DNA of 63,841 bases, the filler included, from Octopus bimaculoides (lineage: Eukaryota), in the NCBI RefSeq assembly GCF_001194135.2. It is 9 parts of 9 records of this genome, joined end to end, with 100 filler letters (N's around TTAATTAATTAA, not from the genome) between each part and the next. Parts side by side here need not be neighbours in the genome. Positions count along the whole stretch, not along the records: positions 34,497 to 51,371 come from NC_068996.1; positions 51,472 to 56,787 come from NC_068982.1; 7 more parts are not named here. One strand, 5' to 3'. A program made the position numbers and the translations under genes. The notes below the pieces were generated by a model. The model made no database searches and was not told the origin of the DNA. It saw only the letters and a program-made list of their open reading frames with translations. Numbering within the stretch: the stretch's first letter is position 1; each line of letters opens with the position of its first letter. Below are positions 39,541 to 51,509 of this stretch, piece after piece.

Positions 39541-40176
39541 GGTAGCTGGCTATAGAATATCTACCTCAACTAATTATGTGATCAATGCAAGCATAAACTT
39601 TAAAATGAAATGTATAAACTGGTATTCTGTCAGTTATGACAATGGGTGTTCCAGTTGATCTGATCAACGGAACAACCTGCTCATGAAATTAACTTACAAG
39701 TGACAGAGTTCTCCGCAGACATGCATACTCTTAACATAGTTTTCAGGGAGATTCAGCATTGACACAGAATGTGATAAGGTTGGCCCTTTGAAATACAGGT
39801 ACTGCTCATTTTTGCCATCTGAGTGGACTGAAGCAATTTGAAATAAAGTGTCTTGCTCAAGTACACAACATACTGTCAGGAATCGAAGTCCTGATCTTAC
39901 GATTGTGAGCTGAATACCCCTAACTGCTAAGCCATGTGCCTTCCCTTGAAATAGTATATATTGACCAGTTATGGATGTTGGAATACAGCAAGGGTAGTAT
40001 GAGTTACAAATGGCAATTTCATCAGTAAAGACAACAATGACTGCCATTATGTTAGGCTTACATTCAAGATAGATTTAATCATTTTAAGAGTTATGTTTTC
40101 AAATTGTTTTTGATCTTCATATAAGAGATTTAAATATATATATATTTTTTTCTTTTTTTTTTTTCAATTTTATCAG

Positions 40177-40311
40177 TGGTGTTTCCTGGATTTCCACCTA
40201 TGCCGTTATGGGCTCCTAACATGCCTCCACCACCGCCACCACCTCCAACTCAGACTACATCCCAACAACAGACAGTCAACCCTGTGTCAACCCAGAATAC
40301 TTCAAATACTA
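40177..40311 (+). CDS. SYVN1: HRD1/synoviolin, Pro-rich exon (first exon found; phase 1 to 1)
   Basis: Poly-T plus CAG acceptor and GTAAGT donor; VFPGFPPMPLWAPNMPPPPPPPPTQTTSQQQ..., similar to the post-RING PPFPPGMFPLWPP segment recalled from vertebrate HRD1. Confidence 0.75.
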
Positions 40312-41809
40312 GTAAGTTGCTCTATTCATCACTCAGTATTTAACTGTTATTTCTATTTTATTAGTCATAATATTATTTATCAAGAGACTTAACCTGAAAT
40401 CTGTGTTTTCAAATGTTCTTTTAGTGTCTGTTACATATATTGTTTATTAAATACAAATATTACTCACATTATTGTTATTGTAGTAGTATACTGTTGGCTA
40501 TAAATAACTGAGTAGCCATAGTGTGTATGTATGTAGCTATAAACAATACCCACTCTCTCGAAATTGCTGGCCTTGTGCCAAAAATTTGAAACCAATAAAT
40601 ATAACTCTTCCAATTATCATTATCATCGTGTTGTAAAATAATGCCTCATTAATAAATACCTATCTCATCCATGCTAACATGAAAAGCAGATATAAAGCAA
40701 AAGAATGAATGAAGTTCACTATACTGTTTTTGTTGTTGTTGTTTTATTGCTGTTGTTATTTTACTTTGCAGCTAATCTGTAATTTATAAATGTTCTGGGT
40801 CTATTATTTATGAAACCATGTACAGTTGTATGCTGTAGATAAAAATAGACACTAGAATTAGATGAGTGATGATTCCTTGGGACAAGTAATCAAACAAAGC
40901 ATAGATGTATTTTGTGCTATTAATTAAAGAAATTATTAACTTTACTTCCAAAATATTGACGCAAACCATTTTTCTATTTATATTTCCAATTATCTGAGAC
41001 TGTCACTTAAAGTAACCAAATTATCATTTATATGTCTTTTCATTTTTACATCTTTCAAAATGTCTGGTATTCATATTGACTCATAGTATTTACCTCTATT
41101 CCATCACCACTGTGAATAAAGTTGAATTTGTTACTGACTGAGAAAATTATGATAGTAATAATGGTAGTGGTAGTGATAGCAACAGCACCTGCCACTACCA
41201 TTGGCACAAAACTAGAAATTTAGAAGGAGAACTGTTGACCCACCCACTTCCTCCACTGGATGTTTAGTCTAGTGGTATTTATGGTATAGGCTGTCTGGTG
41301 CTGTGATTGTGTAGTGTATTGATTAGCAAGCAATATATTGATTTCAAATTTTGGTACAAGGCCAGCAAGTTTAGTTGTGTGTGTGTGTGGGGGGAAGTCA
41401 ATTACATTAACCCCAGTGTTTAACTGGTACTTATTTTATTGGTCCCAAAAGGATGAAAGGTAAAGTTGACCCTGGTAGAATTTGAACTCAGAACATGAAG
41501 ATGGACAAAATGTCACTAAGTATTTTGCCCAGTGGGCTAACAATTCAGTTAGCTTGCTGCCCTAAGCAAGCAATATATTATTAACTAATTATAATAGCAT
41601 AATTGACTAAGATAAGCCTGTTGGTTGAACAGCCATATATTAGTATGGCCCTTGTATTTTGTTGTGGACACTATTTGTTGATCTGTTAAGCAATAGCATT
41701 GAGGGTAAAAGTAATAAATATTTTTGTTTACTTGATGGAGGCAAATTAAAATCTCCTCACGCAACATTCTTGTAATAGTTGTTTGTGTGTTCCCATATTT
41801 TATTTAGAC

Positions 41810-42042
41810 CAGTGGTTCTCAACTAATTTTTGCCTGTGAAACCCTTTGATTCCTGTTTTACCCAACTGGAACCTCATAGCCATATGCAGTTTTAAAAAAT
41901 CTCATATTTTTATGATTTAAAATTATTAAGAATTATATAAAAATATAGTTAAAATATTTTATGCATTGTAAGAGTATAACAGATTTATTGCGCATGATTT
42001 TTAACAACTGAGTCTTATGTGGACCCCAGTTGAGAATCACTG
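41810..42042. mobile_element. hAT-type MITE in SYVN1 intron
   Basis: CAGTGGTTCTCAACT / AGTTGAGAATCACTG TIRs; TSD ATTTAGAC / ATCTAGAC (7 of 8). Confidence 0.85.
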
Positions 42043-42345
42043 ATCTAGACTGACAGATTAAATAAAGCACAAAATCTTTAAATCATTGTGAATGAATAAA
42101 GAAATAATGGGAACATTATTGAAATATCAACTGATGATTCAAAAATATATCTGATTCAAAACCCAAGAATCTAGCTATTGTCCACTGCTTGATGCAGCCA
42201 TGTAAACCATTTCCCAGATAACAATATTTTGGTATTTAGTATAAACAAGGAGCTATATTAGTTTTGTAAAGCAATTTCTGACTTAATCGTTTACTGTCTA
42301 TAATTAGTATTCTTTTTCATCTTTTTACTTTTATTCTAATTTTAG

Positions 42346-42513
42346 CTACTACAACAAATAGTACTACTACAACAACTACTAATACTACTACAACTACTAC
42401 CACTACTGCTACTGCTGAACCAAGTATGTCTGTTCCTGAAAGTCAAGGTTTCCCTGGAACTTCTCAAAACAATATGTCATTTCTTAGTTTTCCTCCTTTA
42501 TTCTCTTCTTTTG
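42346..42513 (+). CDS. SYVN1: HRD1/synoviolin, Thr-rich low-complexity exon (phase 1 to 1)
   Basis: TTTTAG acceptor and GTATGT donor; TTTNSTTTTTTNTTTTTTTTATAEPSMSVPESQGFPGTSQNNMSFLSFPPLFSSF; phases match both neighbours. Confidence 0.75.
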
Positions 42514-42759
42514 GTATGTGTATTTTTGATAATAATATTCATAATTTCTCATTTTTTATTAACACGTTTTTAAAACTAGAAAATAAATTCAAGATATAAA
42601 AATCACAATTTTTCCTAGTTTGGGCTACAGTGTTGGTGCCAGTAAGTTGTGCCTTATGTCTGTGTAGTTAGAAAAAGAGAGACTAGGCAGACATCATTTT
42701 GTGTCAAATATTTTATGCTGAGATCAACCGAAAGCTTATCACTGTCTTATCTGAGTATA

Positions 42760-42939
42760 CAGGGTTAGCCAAAAGTCACCTGACAGTAAATCAAAACCAT
42801 TTAAATATAAAACACTGTGAAAATTGTTCAAACTGAAGTCCTTCTTGAGCGACACTTTTCTCCATTCGAGTCAATACAGAATTACAGATAGTATTTATGG
42901 AATTTTGATTTTCTGTCGGGTGACTTTTGGCTAACCCTG
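42760..42939. mobile_element. Tc1/mariner-type MITE
   Basis: 37-bp TIR CAGGGTTAGCCAAAAGTCACC.GACAG.AAATCAAAA with 2 mismatches; TA on both sides. Confidence 0.9.
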
Positions 42940-42974
42940 TATAACTTGCTATGTTTGTACATGGACCTAGTTAA

Positions 42975-43195
42975 CCCTTTAGAATTTAAACCAGCTGTAT
43001 CTAGTCAAAATATTCTATCTGTTTTATGTTCATACTGGCCAGATCTGGCTTCTTGCATCTACCCTACAATGTCATTCTAAAAATAAACAGTGATATCATT
43101 GAAATGCCAAAACTACAAGATAATGCTTCATTAATTCAAAACAATGCAAATAAAACAAGCGTTACATTTGACAGATTAATCTGAATGCTAAAGGG
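42975..43195. mobile_element. piggyBac-like MITE (second copy at 45764-45937)
   Basis: TTAA|CCCTTT...AAAGGG|TCAA termini; the two intronic copies share internal sequence. Confidence 0.65.
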
Positions 43196-44148
43196 TCAAT
43201 TCTGCATGCTGATCAAATAGTTGATTGACTGCCATAAATTCAGTCAGTAACTGTAAAAACAAGCATTTGTCTGGCAACTTCTTTTCATATATTGAACTCT
43301 GTACAATCATTTCTAGTCTTTTGTTCTTTTACTGCTTTTGGTTATTAGACCATGGTCATACTGAGGCACCAATGGAAGTGGTATATTGTCATCAGTACTT
43401 TGACTTGTACCTATCAAAAGTTAACCTGGGCAGGATTTGAGATCAGAATCTAAAGGGTACTGATAAAAAATGCTACAGTATTTTGTTTGGCGCTTTTGAT
43501 TCTGTAACCACTAGCTGTTTAATATTGACTTTCATTTGATTATTATCTATTAAATATATGGACTGTGGAGGCACATGGCCTAGTGGTTAGAGCAGCAGAT
43601 TCGCAGTCGAGGGATTGCGGGTTTGAATCTCAGACTGGGCGATGTGTGTGTTTATGAGTGAAACACCTAAGCTCCACATGGCTCCAGCAGAAGGTAATGG
43701 CAAACTTCTGCTGACTCTTTCACCACAACTTTCTCTCACTCTTTCCTCCTGCATCTAGCAGCTCACCTGCATCAGACCAACGTCCCATCCAGGTAGGGAA
43801 CCAGTATGCTAATGAAACCGGGAAACCAGCCCTTATGAGCTAAGCATGGCTTGCAAAGGAACAAACAATAACAACAAATATATGTACTGTTGGGGGCAGT
43901 AACAGTGTATTGAATATAACCCTAGACTAGATATTTACAGTCTCCTTAAAGGAGTTTCACTTGAATTTCTGCTAGCATCCTTTCAAGAAGAAAAAAAACA
44001 TGATCCCTTTATTATTCATTTTTTTGTTGTTGTTGTTCTGCTTTATTCTTCATGGTTAGTTTTGTATATAAGTTTGTATATAATAAATAAATAAAATTTT
44101 TATTTTTATTTGAAATATTATTTTCATTTTCTTAAACTGTGAATTCAG

Positions 44149-44323
44149 TTCTACAGAATCAGTCTGTATTATCTGGCCTATCTACTGAGGAATTGGCAAG
44201 TTTGGAAGGTCAGGAACGGTGTAATATTGAGGCACGAATCCAATGGCTCAGAGATATACAAACTTTACTTGATGGTGCCATGGTACTTATGAATCAATAT
44301 AACCAAGTGGCTGCACATTCGGG
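44149..44323 (+). CDS. SYVN1: HRD1/synoviolin, conserved HAF-H helix exon (phase 1 to 2)
   Basis: LSGLSTEELASLEGQERCNIEARIQWLRDIQTLLDGAMVLMNQY closely matches recalled human HRD1 LTPEELRALEGHERQHLEARLQSLRNIHTLLDAAMLQINQY. Confidence 0.92.
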
Positions 44324-45529
44324 GTATATATGTCACTTCTTAATAGTATTTTCAATGTGTGTTTATGTATGCTAATTGGTTACATGTGTTATCCTACATG
44401 CTTTGAAATATCTTTTAGATAATGGCATTTCAGTTATTGGCGTGTGTGAAAGAGAGACAGACTTTTTGGGTGACCAGAAGTAGATGACACTTATCCAAAG
44501 TGTTACATAGTGGGACTGAACCTAGAGCCATGTGGTTGGGATGCAAACTTGTTACCATACATCCATACTTGCAATAACATTCAAAAGTTGAGAAAGATCA
44601 AGAAGTAGTTATAAATTTTGTTAAATATCATCATACTTGTAATTTATATACTTTATATTTTATTTTGATTAACATAGTGCAGGTGCCACATAAAAAGCAC
44701 TAAGTCCACTCTGTTGAGTGGTTGGTGTTAGGAAGGGCATCCAGCTGTAAAAATTCTGCCAAAACAGACACAGAAGTCTGGTGTAGTTTTTTGCCTGACC
44801 AGCTCTTGTGAAACCATCCCACCTATGCTAACATGAAAAGCAGATGTTAAACGATGAAAACGATAAGACAGTTGACACCTCTCCTTTGCACATCTTCATA
44901 TTACTGTCAAAGAAATTCTTTATACTTGCTTCTATTGCAGATAAGTAAGATATGTAGAATGAGTGATTCCAAAGATAACTTGTTTTTTAAGCAGCAGAGA
45001 TAACAATGACAATGGTAGTTGCTGATGTTGTTAAGTCTTAGAAAGAAAAAAGGCTAAAAATTTGCAAGGAGGGCTTATTTCATTAAATCTATCTCAGTAC
45101 TTGAACTGATACTATTTTATCAACCTCAGAAACATGAATGGTAACATTGACCTAGCTAGATTTGAACAGTTGGAATAAATATCATAAAACATTTTGTGTG
45201 ATGCTCTACTGATTCCATAAATCAAATATCCCAAATGATGACAATAATGACAACAGCATTAGCAAGCTACCCATTTTAGGAGAGGTGTATAGTTATTTGA
45301 ATTGATTCCAATATGTGATTGGTCCATATTTTATAGTCCAACAAGTATAGGAGGTAAAGCTGACTCCAGCGAGCATTAAACATAGAATGTAGAAAAATGT
45401 AACTAAATGTTCAGACACTCTCCATAGTTTGCCACTTCTATTATATTTTCCCTATGAAAAGATTGCTAATTTTCAAACTCTCCAAAGATTATAAGGTCAA
45501 ATGAATGTGTTTTTATTTTATTATAACAG

Positions 45530-45681
45530 AATTCAAGGAATTTCTATGTTGCCAAGGAATGTTGATCAACCAAATACATCTTCTCATACCAAAGACCACA
45601 GTGTATCACAGAACCAGCTGTCTAATAATGAGTCAGCGGGAAAGCCAAATGAAAACACTCCTAACAAATCTGAAGATTTAG
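45530..45681 (+). CDS. SYVN1: HRD1/synoviolin, penultimate exon (phase 2 to 1)
   Basis: TAACAG acceptor completes the GG|A Gly codon from the previous exon; IQGISMLPRNVDQPNTSS...NKSEDL; GT donor at 45682. Confidence 0.8.
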
Positions 45682-46789
45682 GTACAATTTTTTTGTTATT
45701 TTATATTTACTAGGGGAACCCCTTAAATCTATGCTGTCTATGGTGGTGTAAATATTGATTTTGCCCTTTAACATTTAAACTGGCCAGACCCAGCTTCTCA
45801 CACCTACTCTACAATATCATTCTAAAAAGATAGAAATATCATTGAAATCTTGAAGTTACAAAATAATGCATGATTAATTCAAAATAATGTGTATATATAA
45901 GCGTTACATTTGATAAAATGATCTGAATGCTAAAGGGTTAGGGCAAGTGGAACAACAGAAATTATTTCATACTAGCTGCTGTCTTATTTTACCTAGGCTG
46001 GTTACTGGAGTTTAAGTTTATATTAATTTATAGATGTTTGAATTAGATAGAGAAAGAGTTTTAGTACCTGTTAATTAAATTTATGCAATCTGGTAATAAT
46101 GTTTTAAGTCTGTCAAATATAAATTTGCAGTAAGTTACAAGGAGACAAAAGAAAGTTAAATCAAGAAGATTTTTTTGGAAATGAAATGCAAACACGAGTT
46201 TTATGTGTTATATTGTAATATAGTAATAAGAGATTTATGTTTCTCATAGACAGTGAGGAATTAGGGGAATTAGTGGCATTCATAACTTGCCCCAAAGTAC
46301 CAGTGTAGTGAAATTTCTTTGTGAATCTATTAACTAGGCTTATAATAATTACTCAGTTTGCATAAGTTCAGAGAATTGAAGAGGATAATCAAATATATTA
46401 TACTCATTATATGACTGGTATCTATTTTGTCAACCCTAAGATGGATTGTCAGCAAAGGTGGTTTCAGTAGAATTTGAGCTGTGAATATAATAAATGAAAC
46501 CAATGCAGGATATGTATTATATCACAACACTCTTGCTCCTGTCAGTTCATCAGTCTTTACTGACAACAAACTATTGAGGGGGCCTTGTGTGGTTGCTAGA
46601 TATAGCAGCCAAATACTCCTTGAACTACATTCTACCATTACACAAAAAGCAATGTAGTTCTCCATAATCTTTCATAAAATAAGACAATCATGGTTGGGAT
46701 GTCTTTGACCATAGTTCAGTTTAATCAAGGCTGACCTGGGATAAAACAACACTAAAAAGCTAGTGAGATATTGGTTTCTAACATTGGCA

Positions 46790-47165
46790 CATCATTGTCA
46801 TCATCATTTAACATCCGTTTTCCATGCTGACATGGTTGGGACAGTTTGATGGGAGCTGGAGAGATGTCTGTTTTGGCATGGTTTGTACAGCCATGTGCCC
46901 TTCCTAATGCCAACCACTTTACAGAGTGTACTGGCTGCATTTTATGTGGTGCTGGCATTTATGCTTTCATGTGCACTGGCATGGGTGCTTTTACGTTGCA
47001 CCACTACAGGTGCTTTTTATGTGGCACTAGTACAGGTGCTTTTCTACATGGTACCAGCACAGGTACTTTTCTAATGGCACTGGCACAAGCACTATTATGT
47101 GACACCAAAGCGGGTGTCTTTTACATAACACAGGCACCTGTGAGCCTGCAAGACAAAGACCTCAG
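46790..47165 (-). mobile_element. RTE-tail-derived short repeat (other copies at about 19722-19950 +, 24100-24350 -, 25490-25715 -, 30040-30340 +, 44677-44860 +)
   Basis: Shares the GTGGTTGGCATTAGGAAGGGCA...CATGCCAGCATGGAAAACGGA.GTTAAATGATGATG 3' end with the LINE at 25780-26968. Confidence 0.8.
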
Positions 47166-47667
47166 CTGAGAGAGGAAGTATAGATTGGTAGCCTGGATGG
47201 ATTGATGATTACTGATGGCAAAGACATTTAGTATTGTTTCCATCTTTTCTAAGATAATAGGAGGACTTGTTATGACTGAGATGATGGAAATATAGTAATA
47301 GAACTACTTTGGTTATGACTATGATCATGGATGTATTTTGGTTATGACTGAGGTGACGAACATGCAGTGCAGTGATTATGACTGAGGTGATGGATGTACT
47401 GTAGTTTATGACTAGGATGCAAAGGAATCACCAAAAACCAATTTGCTTGTGTGAAATCATTTGAAAATAATAACTGACAGACAATTGGTAGTAAATGTTG
47501 TAAAGCAATAACTTTACCAAATCTCACTGCCATACATAAACAGAATGAAGACATTATAGTTTTAACTCTATTATTTTCATGCACACACACAGATTACATG
47601 TGTGCACATTCAATTCTGTGAAGTTCTCTGTGTACAAAGACTAATTTCATGTATATTCCACTTCTAG

Positions 47668-47789
47668 ATTACCTTGATTTGGAAGGTGCTACAGGTGAAA
47701 CTCCAAAGAAGAGTTCCAGTTCACCAGAAGCTGAACTTCGAAGAAGACGTTTGCAACACTTTATTTCTCAATCCAATGAAACCAAGTAG
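47668..47789 (+). CDS. SYVN1: HRD1/synoviolin, last coding exon with p97/VCP-binding motif
   Basis: TTCTAG acceptor; (D)YLDLEGATGETPKKSSSSPEAELRRRRLQHFISQSNETK*; AELRRRRLQ matches the HRD1 C-terminal VBM. Confidence 0.9.
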
Positions 47790-47905
47790 AACTTGTCAAA
47801 TTCCTTTTTCTGTATAATACTGTACATATAAATATATGCAATTTAAGCCCCATCTTGCTTATTTGTTAAAATCTTCCCAACATTTGCCCTCACTGCTACA
47901 GCAAT

Positions 47906-47951
<46 letters not shown>

Positions 47952-48730
47952 TTTAGCTTAACTTACATCAAAACTAAAATATAATTATTTGGAAATGGTT
48001 TTGAAGTTGGAATGTTTCTGACTTTAAATTTAAATTAAAATTAAAAACATTTTTTTTTCTCTCCACATTTTTCATCTTTTTCTTTTGAAGAAGTTGATTA
48101 TTCATACTTTCAGAAGAAAGTAGTCTTAAAGAAAACAAAAAAAAAGATTTTTTTTTTTTTTTTTTTTAACTATGTAAAAAAAATAATAAAAAACAAAGAA
48201 AATTTCCCGAAAGATTCAGTATTGGTGAAAAATTAACTGACTGAAATATTTTTTTATGACATCTTTTAACAAATTAAAAGTGGTCTTTCGTAAACCTATA
48301 CATCGGTTACTAAAGAAATTCCTTATATTTATTTAAAAAAAACATCAACAACAAAAACACTTAGATTCCTTATTTAAGCTAATGGTGTGTCTAACTATGA
48401 GTATAAAAGACAATCAGGAAGCTTTTGGTCAAATTAAAATAAAATCTTGTATCTCTACTTTAAAATCTGGTTCACTTATCATAAGCCCCTGCCATATTCC
48501 TCATTTAAATATATTTAACAGGGTTGAAAGTTGCAACACTACAAATGTCCAATATTTTTGTGATCATCCTTTTATTTTTATTTTTATTTATTATGTGTAT
48601 AGAGTCATTTTGTTTTGAAAGTTATGTCAATGCTGGAGATATGTCTTGTCCCTTAATCGATATTTATATTAGCAGCTACTAACTTACAACATTAGTACTG
48701 TAATTGTTTTATTTCTCTCAAAATAAAACT
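47790..48730 (+). other. SYVN1: Probable SYVN1 3' UTR (end uncertain)
   Basis: AT-rich, transposon-free stretch after the stop codon, with an (ATT)n run near 47908-47949 and AATAAA candidates near 48185, 48438 and 48722. Confidence 0.5.
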
Positions 48731-49190
48731 TCAATATTATCTGTAATTTGTGTCAAGTTTTAGGCGGGTGATTTTTGTTCTTAAATTTGTCCAGTTCTAC
48801 TGCTAAAAATGTTGGTATATATGGTCGTGTGCTTAAGAAGCTTGTTTTGCAACATTCAGTAACATTACATGGCACCTTAGGCAAGTGTCTTCTGCTAAAG
48901 TCTTGGGCAAACTGAAGTGAATTTGGAAGACAGAAACTGGAAGAAGCCTGTTTGTTGTGTATGTGTGTTTATTGACATATCACATACTCATAAAATGTTT
49001 CTGTTACATAATTGGTGTTTTTTTGCAATATTCTGTGGTAAAATATATCCAGACTACAGGAAAACATCATCTTGTTTGAAAACAGACGAGGGTTGGTAAT
49101 GAGAAGAGCATCCAGCTGTAGATATAGTCTGCCTTGGTAAATTTTGTCTGAACCATTCAAGCAACAATGATGATGATGATGATGTGTGTA

Positions 49191-49277
<87 letters not shown>

Positions 49278-49615
49278 AATAATTTTATATTCAAATCTAC
49301 ACCTTGTAGTATGCTGTTTCAAGCCAGTTCAGAGTATTCAGTAACACACTACAACTACCAAAATGTATTCTAATAGAAATAAGCTAAGCAGATTAAAAAT
49401 TGAGGTACCTTTTGATAAGTCACCAGAGGAGACACATCTGCACCTATGCACCACAAGACACTGATACACAATGGGTTGAAACGATCGTAGTGAATAATAA
49501 AGTTTCGTGAATTCCACTTTCTTTCTCTCATATTTTTATACATGTATGTGTGTATGTATACGTATGTATAATGTATATATAAATATATATATATATGCAT
49601 GTATATATATGTATG

Positions 49616-49646
<31 letters not shown>

Positions 49647-49906
49647 GCATGTATATATATGTATACTAGCAGAGATATCCGGCGTTGCTTAGGATTAAAA
49701 TGGCATGCTTTTTTTATTGTTTTACTTGCTTTGGTCATGTGACTGGCCATGCTGGAGCACCACCTTTAGCTAAATAGATTGAGTACAGGATTTATTCTTT
49801 GTAAGTATAGTACTTATTCTATTGGTGTGTTTTGCAACATCAGTAGTCAAGTGATTGTGGGGGTACAAACAGATGCACTCATATATGTGCATACATATAT
49901 ATGTGC

Positions 49907-49943
<37 letters not shown>

Positions 49944-50074
49944 CACATATATATATATACACATATATATATATATACACATATATATACTCAGTACATA
50001 TATATATATATATATGTATATATGTATATATATACATATATATTTATTTATTTATGGTCATGCTGGAGCATGAT

Positions 50075-50336
50075 TTTCCGTTTTTATGCTGTGCTCTCTT
50101 CACGTTTCTTGCATGGCTCTTCTCCTCCACCTGATATAGTCCAATCAAGAGTTTTGATAGCACATCTGGTGTATAAGAGAATTTGACATTGCTGCCCTAA
50201 ACTGTGTCTCATTTCGAGCCATTGGTTCGTCTGGTATCGAGGAGAGGAAAGCGTCGAGTTTTGTCGTGAAGACCTCCACATCCATGTCTTGCAGGTCTCT
50301 CAAATGTTTTGGCAGGNNNNNNNNNNNNNNNNNNNN
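50075..50336 (-). mobile_element. CR1-clade LINE 3' terminus
   Basis: LPKHLRDLQDMDVEVFTTKLDAFLSSIPDEP...[10 protein letters not shown]. Confidence 0.8.
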
Positions 50337-50416
50337 NNNNNNNNNNNNNNNNNNNNNNNNNNNNNNNNNNNNNNNNNNNNNNNNNNNNNNNNNNNNNNNN
50401 NNNNNNNNNNNNNNNN

Positions 50417-51371
50417 TGTGGACGTAATATACCTTGATTTTGCAAAAGCTTTTGACAAAGTGAATCGTGGTGTGATATGCCACAAACATGATCTTGGCAT
50501 AACTGGAAAACTTGGAAAGTGGTTACATGACTTTCTGAAAGATAGAAGTGAGGCAGTAGTGGCTATGAAAACACAAATAATGAGTGGTGTTCTACAGGGC
50601 ACTGTCTTGGGACCATTGCTTTTTATAGTCGCTCTCTCAGTTGTGCCCTCAAGTGCTCGGATAGCCACCCTTGCAAGCTACGCAGACGATACGAAAGTCT
50701 CACAGAAAATACAGAACTCCAGTAATGTTGCACATCTGCAGCAGGAGTTGGACTCAGTTTACAGATGAGCTGAGGATTACAATATGCAGTTTAATGCTGA
50801 AAAATTCCAAGCCCTGCACTACCAACGTCCAAAGCTGAATATGAAACCTACAGAGTACACTGGTCTGCAGGGAATTTCAATCCCAGAGCCTAAATCAGTA
50901 AGAGACCTGGGTATCGACATGAGTGATGATACCTCTTTCCAAGTGCACATTACCAGGATGGCGACAAAGTGCAGACGACTGACTGGATGGATCCTGAGAA
51001 CATTCAGAACCAGAGATAAGGAAACCATGGTGGTCCTCTGGAGGACATTCGTCCTCAGCTGCCTAGATCACTGTTCACAGCTATGGTCACCCACCAGTGT
51101 GAAATTAACAGCGGGCCTTGAAGCAATCCAGAGAAGATTCACAAAGAAGATTGTCTCTTTGCAACTGCTCAGCTACTGGGAAAGGCTGAAACAGCTAAGA
51201 CACTACTCCCTGGAGAGAAGGCGGGAGAGGTATGCAGTAATATACATCTGGAAGATCCTGGAAGGAATTGTGCCAAATTTTGGCATTGAAAGCTACACCA
51301 ATGCCAGAACGGGACGACACTGCATAGTGCCAAAGAACTCAGCAATGCCATCATGCTTCAGGACCAGTTAC
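50417..51371 (+). mobile_element. CR1-clade LINE reverse transcriptase (near-open, one stop)
   Basis: VDVIYLDFAKAFDKV, SGVLQGTVLGPLLF, YADDTK, VRDLGI, LEAIQRRFTK, SLERRRER. Confidence 0.92.
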
Positions 51372-51471
51372 NNNNNNNNNNNNNNNNNNNNNNNNNNNNN
51401 NNNNNNNNNNNNNNNTTAATTAATTAANNNNNNNNNNNNNNNNNNNNNNNNNNNNNNNNNNNNNNNNNNNN

Positions 51472-51509
<38 letters not shown>

